The translations under genes were made by a program, and so were the position numbers. Shown piece after piece: positions 13,255 through 26,699 of a stretch of 64,000 nucleotides of DNA. Position 1 is the first letter of the stretch. Each line of letters opens with the position of its first letter. Source of the stretch: Octopus sinensis (Eukaryota); the NCBI RefSeq assembly GCF_006345805.1, contig NC_043000.1, forward strand, positions 10,912,001 through 10,976,000. The letters are read 5' to 3'. The notes beneath the pieces were generated by a model. The model was given only the letters and a program-made list of their open reading frames with translations, ran no database searches and was not told the origin of the DNA.

Positions 13255-13725
13255 TAGTTAATCCAAACAAGAAAACACAAAAAACACAGCAACGCGAGGA
13301 CGTGGAACAAATAAAGTATTATTGGACGCTCAGGAAAGAAGGAGGGTTTAACGGAGCTCTTCGTCGGAAACAAAGGAGAAGGAAAGATCCCGAGAAGGGA
13401 AGACAGAGGAAAAAAAATTGCTGGCGGTGCTCACGAGGTCACATGTTATATGTAGAAAAATACAAACTGGGACAAGAACGTAAAACATTTAGAAGACGAT
13501 ACAAAAAACACGGACGGGACATTCGAAGCCTTCAATCTTCAGTCAAGAACCGGATCATCCTAGCAATTTCGGCTGATTAATCTTGAGATCGGTCCAATCC
13601 GGCCAGCCCCAAGGAAAAACTAAGCTACGAGCATTAGATTTCTTGGAAGAAGGATCGAATGTATACGAAACAGGGACAGAAAAATGGACGATGCCACACG
13701 AATATAAAATACAAAAAACAATAAT

Positions 13726-13762
<37 letters not shown>

Positions 13763-13790
13763 GGAGTCTCCAAAAGAAATGAATTTATGC
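13255..13790. mobile_element. Probable Penelope-type terminal repeat fragment
   Basis: Sits in (TA)n/(AG)n. A ~130-bp part recurs at 50305-50437, and a related piece forms a hairpin at 49447-49533. No coding remnant, so the family assignment is inferred. Confidence 0.55.
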
Positions 13791-13842
13791 ATTTTACAAG
13801 TTTCTTAATTTCTACTGCAAAAGAAACTCCAAATTCATTTAA

Positions 13843-14010
13843 CATCATCATCATTTAATGTCCGTTGTTCATGCTGGCATGGGTCAGACAGTTTGACTGG
13901 GCTGGCATGCTGGAAGGCTGTGCCAGGATCCAGTCTGATTTGGCATGGTTTTCCATGGCTGGATGCCCTTCCTAACTCCAACCACTCAGAGAGTGTAATG
14001 GGTGCTTTCA
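13843..14010 (-). mobile_element. RTE LINE 3' end
   Basis: (CAT)n tail plus GGATGCCCTTCCTAAC.CCAACCAC motif. Confidence 0.75.
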
Positions 14011-17000
14011 ATGATGCAATTGCTTATTTTTAGAATGACATTGTAGGGTAGGTGCAAGAGGCCAGAACTAGCTGGTTTGAACATAAAACGTAGAATATAT
14101 TGGCTAGCTAAATGATTAGGATGTAATATCAGAATATAAAATCAGACCCCATTACTTGACCAAGGTAATCCTATAGAATCTAGTCAGATATTATGCAGTC
14201 AACCAAAAACTGTAATTTTTTAAGATCTGTATGATTTAAACATTTTTTTTTTCCAAATCCTATTTATTTTTTTTATCAACAGCCCCTTTCTGTAATTCTT
14301 CGTTTTTTACTTTTCCAAAATTTCCAAATTTATGTTTGAAATATCCAACCCATGCTAGCATGGAAAAGGGACGTTAAACGATGATGATGATGATGATGAT
14401 GATGATATGTTTTAAACATCTGAGATAATGGTTCTGGTTATATAAAAAAAGAAAAATATTAAAATTTCTGTTAAAAAAAAAGTTTCTCCCCACAACTTTT
14501 TCGTTTCCGCCTTTTCCAAGAAATTTCGTTTTTGAATTTACATATTTTAAAAGATTACAAGGTACATTACGGTTTTACAAGTTCAAATATTTGGCAGAGT
14601 TTGTGTCCATAATCCCTAGTGCTTAAAAAATGTAAATATAAGAAGATGGAAAAAAAAGAACGAAAAGAGACAAAAGCAAAAAAAGTTACAGAAAGTGGAC
14701 AAAATTTAAAAAAATAAATTGATGTTTTGGCGACTAATTTCCGACGTTATTCTACAGTATTACCTTTGTTACTCCACAGCAAAGTTGGCATTGATAGAAT
14801 TTCAACTCATAAAGTGCAGGGGCGTAGCTCAATACAAGATAATAAAATTAACTACAAGGTTTAATAAATTAAAGGTTACATATTCTGTCAATCAAGTTGC
14901 AAAAAAAAAAATAATAATAACAATAAATGCTGATGTTTTAAAATAAATAACCTGTTAATTTTTGCTACCACAGAACACCTTCAATGTTCACAAACCAATA
15001 ATGATATCGTAGAATAACATAGAAATATGATCACGAGACACCTTTTCCATTTTAAACGGAAATATTAATAGGTGACAGATTTCAACTGGATCGATGAATA
15101 TAGCACAAATATATTTGAAAGCTACAGCTGATTTGAAGAACGTAAATAAAACACTTCTACTGCAGTTATTGACTCACCTTGTTCACGCAATAAGAGGAAC
15201 CCCCAAGGGAGACATAGAACTCCCACGCTTCTTGGATTTTTTACACGCATGAAAAAGTATTGACTAAGTAGCAAGCTTCACACAAGATTCTGCAGTATCG
15301 ATATTGGAAACTGCCAATCGACATACAAGACTTAAGTTTTAATCTGTTTTGAATATATAAAGAAAAAAAGCGAATCAAAACAGATGCCAATCTTTTCACT
15401 TTGATTTCCATACAGATTACAAAATACAGTTATGTTAGGTGTAACGAAAGAGTTAAACTAAGACAGCTCAAAAGACTGCAACACAATAAAGGTCTTAGTA
15501 AATTTAAATTTAATTAAGTGTAATTTTTACATTTAAAATGGTCCCCGTTTACAGAGGCCCTTTCATGTGACTACAGTTAAGCATTTCGGTTTTTGAATTG
15601 CGTAGTTCCTCCTGATCACTAAAATAAATGGCAGAATCGAAGATAACGAGAACTTATGAATGACATATGACTATCACTTGTGTCAATGTTTCTTTAGATA
15701 ATACGACCAAATAAACGGGATAGTAAAGATTTATTACGTGATAACTATGATACGTTTCTAACATTTGACTTTTAATACACAATTGCCGAGTACTAACAGC
15801 ACGGCAAACAAGGAATTACAAAATTTATTTTACTTTCAATATTAAAGTATTTCGCTCTTAGAACTTCGCTGGTCTTTTATTCATTGATTGTTGATATTAG
15901 AGATAAATCTGAATTTATGCTGATTTTATGCTGAAGATAAAAAAAAACCCCCAAAAATTAACATTTATTTACTGAGAATTAACTGGTAAGTCATGAAGTG
16001 TAAATATAATATTGCCGCGGTGTAAGCCAAGAAAACATCTTTTTTAAGAACTAGCGAAGTTATAATTAAGAACGAAAGAATTCAATAATGAAAGTAAAAG
16101 AAATTCTGGGGCAAACGGTATATAACTGTGTCAAGTGGTGGAACCAGATCTTCGTTAACAGCAGGAAACAAACATTTATGCTCAACAGTATAAGAACAGA
16201 ACTCAATTCTGCAGCAGATTACAAGGAAGCACGTGGAGTAACAACAGAGCGCAGTATGCATATTATACAATTTTCTGGTCACTTGTTCGCACGAAAAACC
16301 CCCAGATATTATCAAGATAACACTTCATTGATATTAATTAATGCTTATGATTATTACATTGGAGAAAATTCGCGGAATCTGTCATTAAGAAAAAAGGAAA
16401 CATGTGAGAATAAGGAGACGTGTGAGAATCGACAAAAGATCAATTTTGTAGATAAAGCAAGTAGCTGCATTTGTTTAGATAAGATGCAAACATAAAAACA
16501 CCTGCTTCCTTCGTAATAAGATAAAAAGCGAGAACCAATAAACTACGAAAAGAAATATATTTCAGATCAGGGTCCGTCGTTGGCGAGAAAACGAAAGCAA
16601 TAAATTATATTCAAAAAGGATAACGATAAAGAAATTGTAGAGGGTTATTGAAAAAATACGAGGAAACCTACATTTACAGATTTATGAATAAAACAAATCC
16701 ATCTAGCTATATCAAATTTTACAAAGCTTCAGATTTATCAGCTTACTAGGAATAAAGTTATAAATATAGCGGTTTTAATCCGCGATGTGACGAAAGGTTT
16801 CACATCAAGGCTACTTATAAACAGCATCGCACAGACCTAACCTCTGAAGACAACTAGAAACGTTAGATTTATCAATATCTATCTATCTATACACAATATA
16901 TATATATATAGTGTGTGTGGTGTGGTGTTTGAATCTTTCTCAATTTCATATTGACATTTTCAGCTATTTTCTTTCCTGCTATATTATATATATATATAGT

Positions 17001-17879
17001 AAGAGAGAAAATAGCTCAACATGTCAATATAAAATTAAGATTCAAAAATTTTACGCACACACTAGATTTATACTACAAAAACCATGCAAAAGTAAATAAA
17101 TAAATAAATAAAATAAAAAGGCAGTAGATGTTTGATATTATCTATTTTCTAATGTATAGAAACTGGTGCCAAATATATTTAGATTATTGATACGCAAAGC
17201 AGCTGATTAGTTTATAAACGGGCAATTTTCTTCGATTACATGTTTATTTAAAAGACGAAGTTAATTTCTCTTTAGCATCTATTGTAAGCACAAACTAGAA
17301 GTGAAAACACGGAGATTCCATCAAGCAAAAAAGACAAATATGTTAAACAAGGATTTTAACGACAAAATACTTGATTTTGATTTATTTGTGAAGGCTAATG
17401 TAGGGAATATTTGTTTTCGATATTACGTGAAATCATTTTAATACGACGTATAAACACAAAACATTATCATTGTTAATAATTATAAACAGTAAGACTATTA
17501 GCATGTTTTCTCTTTACATCGGAAAATCATTCTTCAATCGTAATTTACTTTCTGTCACTGCCTTATTTTAGGTAGTTCTTTAGAAAATTAACAAGTGGAG
17601 GATGCCTACAGGCATCATGATAGCAGTGTTAGTAGATGCTAGAAAATCAAACAATATTAATGGAAGGGTATGTTCAAGAAGAGCTTCAGCAAAACAAAAA
17701 TGTACCATTCTGTAAAGATAAGAATCGATGTCACCTTCCTTTAATATTAATCAGTTTATATTCTCACGACGGTCTCTACAGAAGCTGTTAATGTTCAACA
17801 GGTGCTGTGAAGACTACAACACGATATCTGAAAACAGACTATATGCGAATGAATTAAATGAATGAATGGAAAAAGAAAG

Positions 17880-18130
17880 TACCTTAAATTACTGATTTAG
17901 AGGCATCAGTTGGTAGAAATGGGAACAGAATGTTTCTATCGGCATGAGATGTCTCGCAGAATAGTGAAACTAAAAAAAATAGAGTGAATGGCAGCAGGCG
18001 CAACGACGGTACGATATCGCTGAAAGTGAAACTGCTGTTGTTATAGACGACTGCTAACGACATCCCGAGTTCAATTTCCCGGAAGTGATGTCACAGTCCA
18101 GACCGGGTACTGCTTTCTCTGGTAAGGTTT
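17880..18130. promoter_or_regulatory. Putative bidirectional promoter / first exons
   Basis: CpG-retaining, with CCGGAAGTG (ETS-like) next to TGATGTCA (CRE-like). Plus-strand donor CTG|GTAAGG at 18122 and minus-strand donor AAG|GTACTT at about 17882. Motif-level inference only. Confidence 0.4.
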
Positions 18131-18159
18131 TGGGATATCCCTGTACAGTGTGTTATATA

Positions 18160-18544
18160 CTAGCAGTATCGCCCGGCGTTGCTCGGGTTTGTAAGGGAAA
18201 TAACTATATAAGCACTTTTAGAGAGTTATAGCCAAAAAATGCATTAAAAATGGAAAAAAAATTATCGTAAATTTTTTTTAAATCGTTGACTCATCGTAGA
18301 CATTTTTAGAGAGTTATTTCCCTTATATAATAGCGAAAAAAATGCATTAAAATGGAAAAAATGATGGTAATTTTTTTTTAAATCGTAGACTCATCGTAGA
18401 CGTGCGCTAATACCCAGAAGGGCTCGATATGAATCACGACTATAAGATACTCGGTTTTGGTTAAACTGCACCGCAAAATGTGGGAGTAGTTAGGAATCTA
18501 AATCGTAGGAGACAGACACACAACTTCACTTTTATATATAAAGA
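18160..18544 (-). mobile_element. Non-autonomous Helitron
   Basis: rc begins TC, ends with the CCCGAGCAACGCCGGG hairpin + CTAG, and is inserted between A and T with no TSD. Confidence 0.85.
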
Positions 18545-19016
18545 TATGCACATTTAATACCTCAGCTATCCGAGTGTATTCATTAAGGCATGAATTTTTA
18601 AAACAACTTTTTAGCATGTATGCATGCGTGTCTGGATGAGTGTGTATGTATGCAGTGTGTGTGTGTGCGTGTGTGTATTTTGTGTAAATAAGGTTTATTG
18701 ATTTGGTAAGAACAGAAGGCAGCTGTACTGCAATGATGGAAATGGTAAAGAGAGGTATTCAAGGGGTGGGGTAGGAGACAGCATTCTCTAACTTCTCAAT
18801 TCACAATGGGGCAAAAGAAGAGGCGTGTTTATTCCGTCTAATCTCCTATCTTCTAAACTCAGTCTCAAGGATCTTAGCATAATCTTCGTTCTAAAACTCC
18901 ATTCCTATCACTGCTGCATATCAGCCTAAATACCTGGGATGTGTTTCAAAAAGGAAAAAAGTCACAACAGTAACATCAAGCACATGTATGTATGTATGCA
19001 TGCATGCATGCGTGTG

Positions 19017-19061
<45 letters not shown>

Positions 19062-19069
19062 TATATATC

Positions 19070-19800
19070 ATCATCCGACTCGTGGCCGTGGCACGTAAAA
19101 TACTCCAATGCGACCGTACGACAGGCACCCTTGCCAACCCCCTTTGCTTGTGAAGACATGTTGGGGCAAGCGAAATCGAAATCGAATTGAACCAGCCAGG
19201 ATCCCTGGTCTGGTGGTACGTAAAAAGCACTATCCGACTCGTGGCCGATGCCAGCACGCCTCGACTGGCTTCCGTGCCGTGGCACATAAAATACACCATC
19301 TGACCGTGGCCGTTGCCAGCCCCGCCTGGCACCTGTGCAGGTGGCACGTAAAAAGCACCCACTACACTCACGGAGTGGTTGGCGTTAGGAAGGGCATCCA
19401 GCTGTAGAAACATTGCCAATTTAGACTGGAGCCTGGTGCAGCCTTCTGGCTTCCCAGAACCCCGGTCGAACCGTCCAACCCATGCTAGCATGGAGAACGG
19501 ACGTTAAACGACGATGATGATGATGATGATCATCGTTTAATGTCTGCTTTCCACTTTCCATGCTAGCATGGGTTGGAAGATTTGACTGAGGGCTGGCGAA
19601 CCAGATGGCTGCATGAAGCTTCAATCTTGATCTGGCAGAGTTTCTACAGCTGGATGCCCTTCCTAATGCCAACCACTCCGAGAGCGTAGTGGGTGCTTTT
19701 ACGTGCCACCGGCACGGAGGCCAGATAGCCGCTCTGGTAATGATCATGCTCGGACGGTGCTCTTAACACCCTACTAGCACGGGGCTCGAGTGCCAGTAAG
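19070..19800. mobile_element. Two RTE 3' ends joined tail-to-tail
   Basis: Plus copy (19070-19530) and minus copy (19530-19800) meet at a (GAT)n/(ATC)n junction. Confidence 0.8.
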
Positions 19801-19819
19801 GCAATATATATATATATTA

Positions 19820-20238
19820 CTGTTGTGTCTGGGGAGAGTCATTTTTGTTGTGTCTTGCAACCTTTTCAATAGCCTTGACTCTGTCCGTTATTTACACTGC
19901 ATTCCTTTTTATTCGTTTGTGTGCATGTGTGTGGGTCAGTGTGTGTGTGTGTGTGTGCCTAGGCATGCATGTATGTATGTATGCATGTTTGTGTGTGTAT
20001 GTATATATGTGTGTGTATGCATACGTATATATGTATGTGTGTGCATTTGTATGTATGTATTCTGCATATTCATGTACTTGCATATCTGCATTTGTGTATT
20101 TTTTATGTATGCGTGTGTGTAAGTGTGTGTTTGAATATGTATGCACCTCTGTCTGCTTGTGTGTGCATGTCTGTGTGTGTGTGTGACAGACATGCACACA
20201 CATGGAGTCAGAGGCGCATACATATACAAGCACACGCT

Positions 20239-20270
<32 letters not shown>

Positions 20271-20640
20271 AAATACACAGACATGCAAGCACATGAATAT
20301 GCAGAGTACATACATACAGATGCACACACATACATACATATATACATATGCATACTCACACATATATACATACATACACACATGCATACATACATACATA
20401 CGTACGTACATGCATGCATGCATAGGCACACACGCACACACACTGATCCACACACATGCGCACAAACAAACAAAAAGGAACGCAGTGTAGATAACGGACA
20501 GAGTCAAGACTATTGAAAAGGTTGCAAGACGCAACGAAAATTTTAGGAAAATAAAAATAAGAAATAAGTGGAAATTTTACCGGTGAGTGTGTTAAATTAT
20601 ATGGCACAAAAAGAAAATGACTCTCCCCAGACAACAGAAT
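19820..20640. repeat. Fold-back of a probable PLE-type terminal repeat with microsatellite-rich arms
   Basis: 19851-20170 is inverted against 20190-20530. The terminal piece CTGTTGTGTCTGGGGAGAGTCATTTT recurs at about 33460-33630 and 49225-49430. Confidence 0.75.
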
Positions 20641-20694
20641 ATGCTTCAACACATGAACTCATATAAAGAATCTTGCAAACCAAATCCCCAAACG

Positions 20695-20769
<75 letters not shown>

Positions 20770-20770
20770 T

Positions 20771-20839
<69 letters not shown>

Positions 20840-20879
20840 GTGTGTGAGTCGTCTAAGGGACCATAAGTCAAGAGTAAGA

Positions 20880-21200
20880 TGCACTTATATATCTATCAAT
20901 AGAGTGAGTAGGGCCCATACTGAAGTCAAGGAGGACACACACATTATAATGCATATCATGTATGCTAGAAGAACCCTACTTTTCAGTAAGGGGTCTGCCT
21001 GAACTAGACGCACTGACCCAGAGGGCTCCTTCAACATGGCAATGGGTGCTTTTGACAGTGCAGATGTGTGTGACCTCTTCGGTCTCTTCATCTGAAATAT
21101 ACTGAAAAAGAAATTCACTTCAACTAGCTTTGGCCTCTACAGAGATGATGCACTGGCAATATCAAGAGGTACCAATGGCTACACACTAGGAGACAATTGA
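20880..21200 (+). mobile_element. Penelope-like reverse transcriptase fragment
   Basis: FNMAMGAFDSADVCDLFGLFI*...FGLYRDDAL matches the PLE RT pattern (FDVTMGSFDGAEVCELVG...GLYRDD). Contains stops. Confidence 0.85.
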
Positions 21201-21221
21201 AAGCAGTTGCCATATTGCCTT

Positions 21222-21479
21222 CTATTATGCAATTCAAACAATGATAGACATAAACCAAATCATAAATAAAAAATAAAATATATTTTTATAAAACATATAA
21301 CTAGATCACAAAAGAACAAAAATGAATAAACAATATATAATAAGTATATAATATACTTATTATATATTCTTTATTCCTTTTTGTACTTTTTGTGATCTAG
21401 TTATATGTTTTATAAAAATATATTTTATTTTTTATTTATGATTTGGTTTATGTCTATCATTGTTTGAATTGCATAATAG
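21222..21479. repeat. ~258-bp near-perfect AT-rich palindrome
   Basis: Arms of about 125 bp centred at about 21350, directly after the PLE RT fragment. Confidence 0.9.
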
Positions 21480-21944
21480 TGGTTTTATCTCTAATTTATA
21501 TATTTATATTGTGAAATTTGATTTAATACTAAATTGAATTTATATATTTATATTGTGAAATTTGATTTAATACTAAATTGAATTTTTCCCTAATATTATA
21601 TATATATATGAGTGTGTGTGTATACCAGCAGAGATACCAGGCACTGCTTGGGATTAAAATGGCATAGTTTTTTTTATTGCTTCACTTGCTTTGGTCATGT
21701 GATTGCGGCCATGCTGGAGCACCACCTTTAGACGAAGAAATCGACCCCAGGATTTATTCTTTGTAAGCCTGTACTTATTCTATCAGTTTGTTTTGCAAAA
21801 AGGCTAAGTTATGGAAGATGTAAACACAGCAACATCAGTTGTCAAGTGATGGTAGGGGTTCAAACATGCACACATGCACACACACACACTCATACACAAA
21901 TATATGCACATACACACACACACACATACATACATATACACACA

Positions 21945-22315
21945 TAGAAAGCACCATTAAAGTGTGATTGTTGCCAGTGTCACCTGACCGGCTCCTGTGC
22001 CAGTGGCACGTAAAGAATGCCATTTCAGCATGGTCATTGCCAGTGCCGCCAGACTGGCTCCTGTGCAGGTGGCACGTAAAAAGTACCATTTAAGTGTGGT
22101 TGATGCCAGTACCAGCTGACTAGTCCTCATGCCGGTGGTATGTAAAAACATCCACTACACTCAGATTGGTTGGCGTTAGGAAGTGCATCCAGATGTAGAA
22201 ACTTTGCCAGATCAGATTGGAGCCTGGCACAGCCTTCTGGCTTGCCAACCCTCAGTCAAACTATCCAACCCATGCCAGCATGGAAAGCAGACGTTAAACG
22301 ACAATGACGATGATG
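21945..22315 (+). mobile_element. RTE LINE 3' end
   Basis: Same 3' UTR motifs and GATGAT-like tail as the other copies. Confidence 0.75.
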
Positions 22316-22839
22316 CTAATACATACATACATGCATACATATATACATGCATGTACGCACTCACTTACTCATAATGTGTTGGGGCAGCTGTAGTCTATTT
22401 AACTGAATATAGTAAATATTTTCCTGCAGACCACCAGTGCATTGTTGAAGCTGTCTGTCAGAATTTGAACTGCGTCATTAACAAAGTTAATTACTGCTCA
22501 GAGCATTACAATCTTTGCCACTGCCCACACCCATACAGACATGATAATATCACAAATTGAATAATTAGCACACAGGGCAAAATGCTTAACAGCACTCCAT
22601 CCGTCTTTATATTCTGTGTTCAAATTCCTCTGAGATCTACTTTTTCTTCTTTTCGGGATTATTAAAATAAATACCAATTCAGCACTAGGGTTGATGTAAT
22701 CAACCCCCCCCCAAAAAAAATTGCTGGCGTTGTGCCAAAATTTGTTGCCAATGTCAGTGTTGTGTAACTGGCATGTAAACAATACCATTCAAACATTGGG
22801 CCTCACCAAGACAAGTGACTGAGACCTTTTGGCAATATA

Positions 22840-23850
22840 GTGTCGGTGGCACATAAAAACACCAACCGAAGACCCGGCAAGACTAGTCAGGCCATAACCC
22901 GTGGCCCCTACTTGGGACGTAGTCAGTCCCCTGTGCATACCTTCCTTCCTTCCTTCCTGTGACACTTGTGAAGACCTGTGAAGACCTGTTGAGGCAAGTG
23001 AAAATCAAATCAAATCAAATCAAAATGGATGAACATCAATGGAATTTGTATCTTTGTGGTACCAGTGCCGGTGGCACACAAGAAAACCATCCGAACGTGG
23101 CCGTAGCCAGTACCGCATCGACTGGCCTCCGTGCTGTGGGCACGTAACAAACACCATCCGATCGTGGCCGTTCGCCAGCCTCATCTGGCAACTGTGTCGG
23201 TGGCACATAAAAACACCATCCGAAGACCCGGCAAGACTAGTCAGGCCATAACCCGTGGCCCCTACCTGGGACGTAGTCAGTCCACCTGTGCATACCTTCC
23301 TTCTTGTGACACTTGTGAAGACCTGTTGAGGCAAGTGAAAATCAAATCAAAACAAATCAAAATAGATGAACATCAATGGAATTTGTATCTTGTGGTACCA
23401 GTGCCGGTGGCACACAAGAAAATCATCCGAACGTGGCCGTAGCCAGTACCGCATAGACTGGCCTCCGTGCTTTGGGGACGTAACAAACACCATCCGATCG
23501 TGGCCGTCCGCCAGCCTCATCTGGCACCTGTGTCGGTGGCACATAAAAACACCATCCGAGCGTGGCCGTCTGCCAGCCTCGTCTGGCACCTGTGTCGGTG
23601 GCACATAAAAACACCATCCGAGCGTGGCCGTTCGCCAGCCTCGTCTGGCACCTGTGTCGGTGGCACATAAAATCACCCACTACACTCTCGGAGTGGTTGG
23701 CATTAGGAAGGGCATCCAGCTGTAGAAACACTGCCAGATCTGACTGGCCTGGTGCAGCCTTCGGGCTCCCCAGACCCCAGTTGAACCGTCCAACCCATGC
23801 TAGCATGGAAAACGGACGCTAAATGATGATGATGATGATGATGATGATGA
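22840..23850 (+). mobile_element. RTE LINE 3' UTR with nested tandem duplications
   Basis: GTGTCGGTGGCACATAAAA recurs at 22840, 23194, 23530, 23592 and 23654 (periods of about 350 bp and 62 bp). Ends in (GAT)n at about 23850. Confidence 0.85.
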
Positions 23851-24120
23851 TATATATATATATATACATACATATATATATGTATGCATATATATATATA
23901 CATATATATATATACATATATATATATACACATATATACATATATACACATATATACATATGTACATATATAAATATATATATATACATATACCGGAGTA
24001 AACACATAAATGTGAAGCAAGGTGGAAAAAAGAGTACTCAAATACCAGAGGTAGAGTAATATGCTTTATTTAAAAGCAGCAGAAATTTAACAAAAGCTGT
24101 TAACAGTTTTGTTAACAAAA

Positions 24121-24158
24121 CTGTCCGACGGATGGGAACGTGAAACTCTGAGTAACAG
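24121..24158 (+). ncRNA. Hammerhead-like motif, degenerate core (CCGACGG), in a probable PLE terminus
   Basis: CTGT-CCGACGG-ATG-GGAA-CGT-GAAA-CTCTGAG-TA-ACAG; paralog of 48944-48981. Confidence 0.55.
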
Positions 24159-24191
24159 CTTTTGTTAAATTTCTGCTGTTTTTAAATAAGG

Positions 24192-24236
<45 letters not shown>

Positions 24237-25237
24237 TATACATGTGGAAAATCGGTGTGTGTTTGTTTGTGGTGTTGTTATCTAACTCCTCCTACATTGT
24301 TTTATTGATTTTGATGAAACTTGACATGTTAGTAGAATTCATGTCTGGAAACCTCATGATATACTTAGATTGTTGAAAAAACTGATAATGCAGCCCCAGT
24401 TAAGGCATCTTTATATCTACCTCATATAACTATTTTTTTTAAACACCCAAGAGAAATAACCCATTTCAATGTTTATGTTTGATTACCTTGAATATTGAGT
24501 TTTTGTGTGTCCAATTTCTAATTTTTGCAGGCAATATCACTTTGTTTTTTACTTTATTTGACACTGGAAGCCTCATGACATAGATTGTTGAAAATATCAA
24601 TGAAAAGGCCCATCCAATGGATCCTCCTATCTACTACATATTACTAATATTTTATTTAAGCAGCCCAAGGGAAATAACACATACCACCTGCGGTTTTTAG
24701 TGATGCAATCAATATTTGATTCCCCGATCTCTTCATTCATGCATTTCTATGCATACATACTTTTTTGAATGCCCATTACTCTGATAATTCTGCATTTTTA
24801 TAGTTACACTTTCTCCATGACAGTAGATAAATTTTTTTTCCACAATGTATTTGTAGTGGCTTCATGCAGGCATAGCATGGATTCGACACTTGATTGCCAA
24901 ATTTAACTTAACACTTCGGCAGTACTTTTCTCACGGTAAAACAATAGTTTTTCTGTGCAAAAGGAAATCATCGTTCCCATCTCTAGCCTGGTGTGATACA
25001 CATGTATCTAAGTTTCTGGGTAGTAACCCATCATTAGTTTGTGACAATCACTGGCTAGGGATGAGAAGAAATTCCAAACGCAAAATACTATATGCTTTTC
25101 CCAGTGACAAACCATCGCTAATCTTGCAAAAGGAGAAACAAGCAATAATAAATTTCTGAGCGAGATGTAAACTGAAGCAGCACGACATCGTGAAGTATAT
25201 TTGCTACCTAAATGATATATATATATATATATATATA

Positions 25238-25595
25238 TAGGAGTAGGAGTGGCTGTGGGGTAAGTAGCTTGCTTATGAACCACATGGTTCTGGGTTCAGT
25301 CTCACTGCATGACACCTTGGGCAACCAAAGCCTTGTGAGTGGATTTGGTAGACGGAAACTGAAAGAAGCTCATTGTATATATGTGTACATATATATATAT
25401 GTATGTATATGTTTGTGTGTCTGTGTTTGTCCCCTCAACATTGCTTGACAACTGATACTGGTGTGTTTACATCCCCTGTTACTTAGCGGTTTGGCAAAAC
25501 AGACTGATAGAATAAGTCCTGGGATCGATTTGCTCAAGGCGGTGTTCCAGCATGGCCACAGTCAAGTGACTGAAACAAATAAAAGAGTAAAGAGT
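25238..25595 (+). mobile_element. SINE family B
   Basis: Head, CORE-like block, internal microsatellite and 3' end all recognisable, with an internal deletion. Confidence 0.8.
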
Positions 25596-25923
25596 ATATA
25601 TAAATACAAAAGTAAATGACGACTTAAGCCCTATTGTACCTAAAGTAATGAACCTTTGGTAAATGTATTCTTGTCTCCACTAGTTTGCTTGTGTATAGCT
25701 TAATAAAGCTATACATATATACATATATATTACTCTTTTACTCTGTTACTTGTTTCAGTCATTTAAGTATGGCCATGCCGGAGTACCGCCTTTTAGTTGA
25801 AGAAATCGACCCCTGGACTTGTTCTTTGTAAGCCTGGTGCTTATTCTATCAATATCTTCTGCTGAACCGCTAGGTTATGGTGACGTAAACACACCAACAT
25901 CAGTTTCTAACTGATACATATAT

Positions 25924-25971
<48 letters not shown>

Positions 25972-26341
25972 TATATATATGTAAGTGAGGTAAGTGAGAT
26001 AAGAGTTTGTATTAATATTGAAAGTGTTCAAACTGAAATTATCTCACATTACAATAGAGATGTTATTGTTTCACTTTTGACATGTAATACTGAAATAGTG
26101 TAAGAGATAAGAGATTGCTCCTGGCTTGCATTAGGCAAGAAGTTGAAAAGTTTTTTGGCCCATGATATATATATTTATTTTCACACTCATAAAGCACTGA
26201 GTCACACAGGCAACTTGGATAAGCGTTTTATAGGTGCAAAACTGATGGTCACTCTCTGACTGGCCATTAGTGGTCTAATGTTTTAGAGTTTGCCTCTTTC
26301 TTGGATAAATGAACTACTGACAATATATACATACATACATA

Positions 26342-26377
<36 letters not shown>

Positions 26378-26699
26378 TGTATGTATGTATGTATGTATGT
26401 ATGTATGTATGTACTTTAAGGTAGTCAAGAAGATTATTAAGAATAATATTATAATAAAAGGATAAAACTTCTTTGAATTCTGAGTATATACCAAAATTTT
26501 ACCACAATAGAGGAAGGAAAAGAAAATTACAAAGAAATAGTTTGATATTTATACTTATTATTTATCTAAATATTAACTTGTTAGATGGTATCTATGGAGA
26601 TTTAACTGGTATTTAATAAAAGAACACTGAGGCTAAAGAACATGTTAACTATATACTAATTTAATTAAATCGAATTATTTTAAGTTGTGGAGATACTTG

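Noticed and set aside
13515-13580. Minus-strand CTGAAGA and CGAAA motifs (also at 50380-50437)
   Set aside because: Order and pairing fit no hammerhead topology.
23225-23300. Possible HDV-like ribozyme in the RTE-associated repeat (GGCCA-TAACCCG-TGGCC hairpin)
   Set aside because: No P1/P2 partners could be assigned by eye.
23530-23680. Regularly spaced direct repeats resembling a CRISPR array
   Set aside because: Units are contiguous with no unique spacers, lie in a LINE 3' UTR, and the context is eukaryotic.
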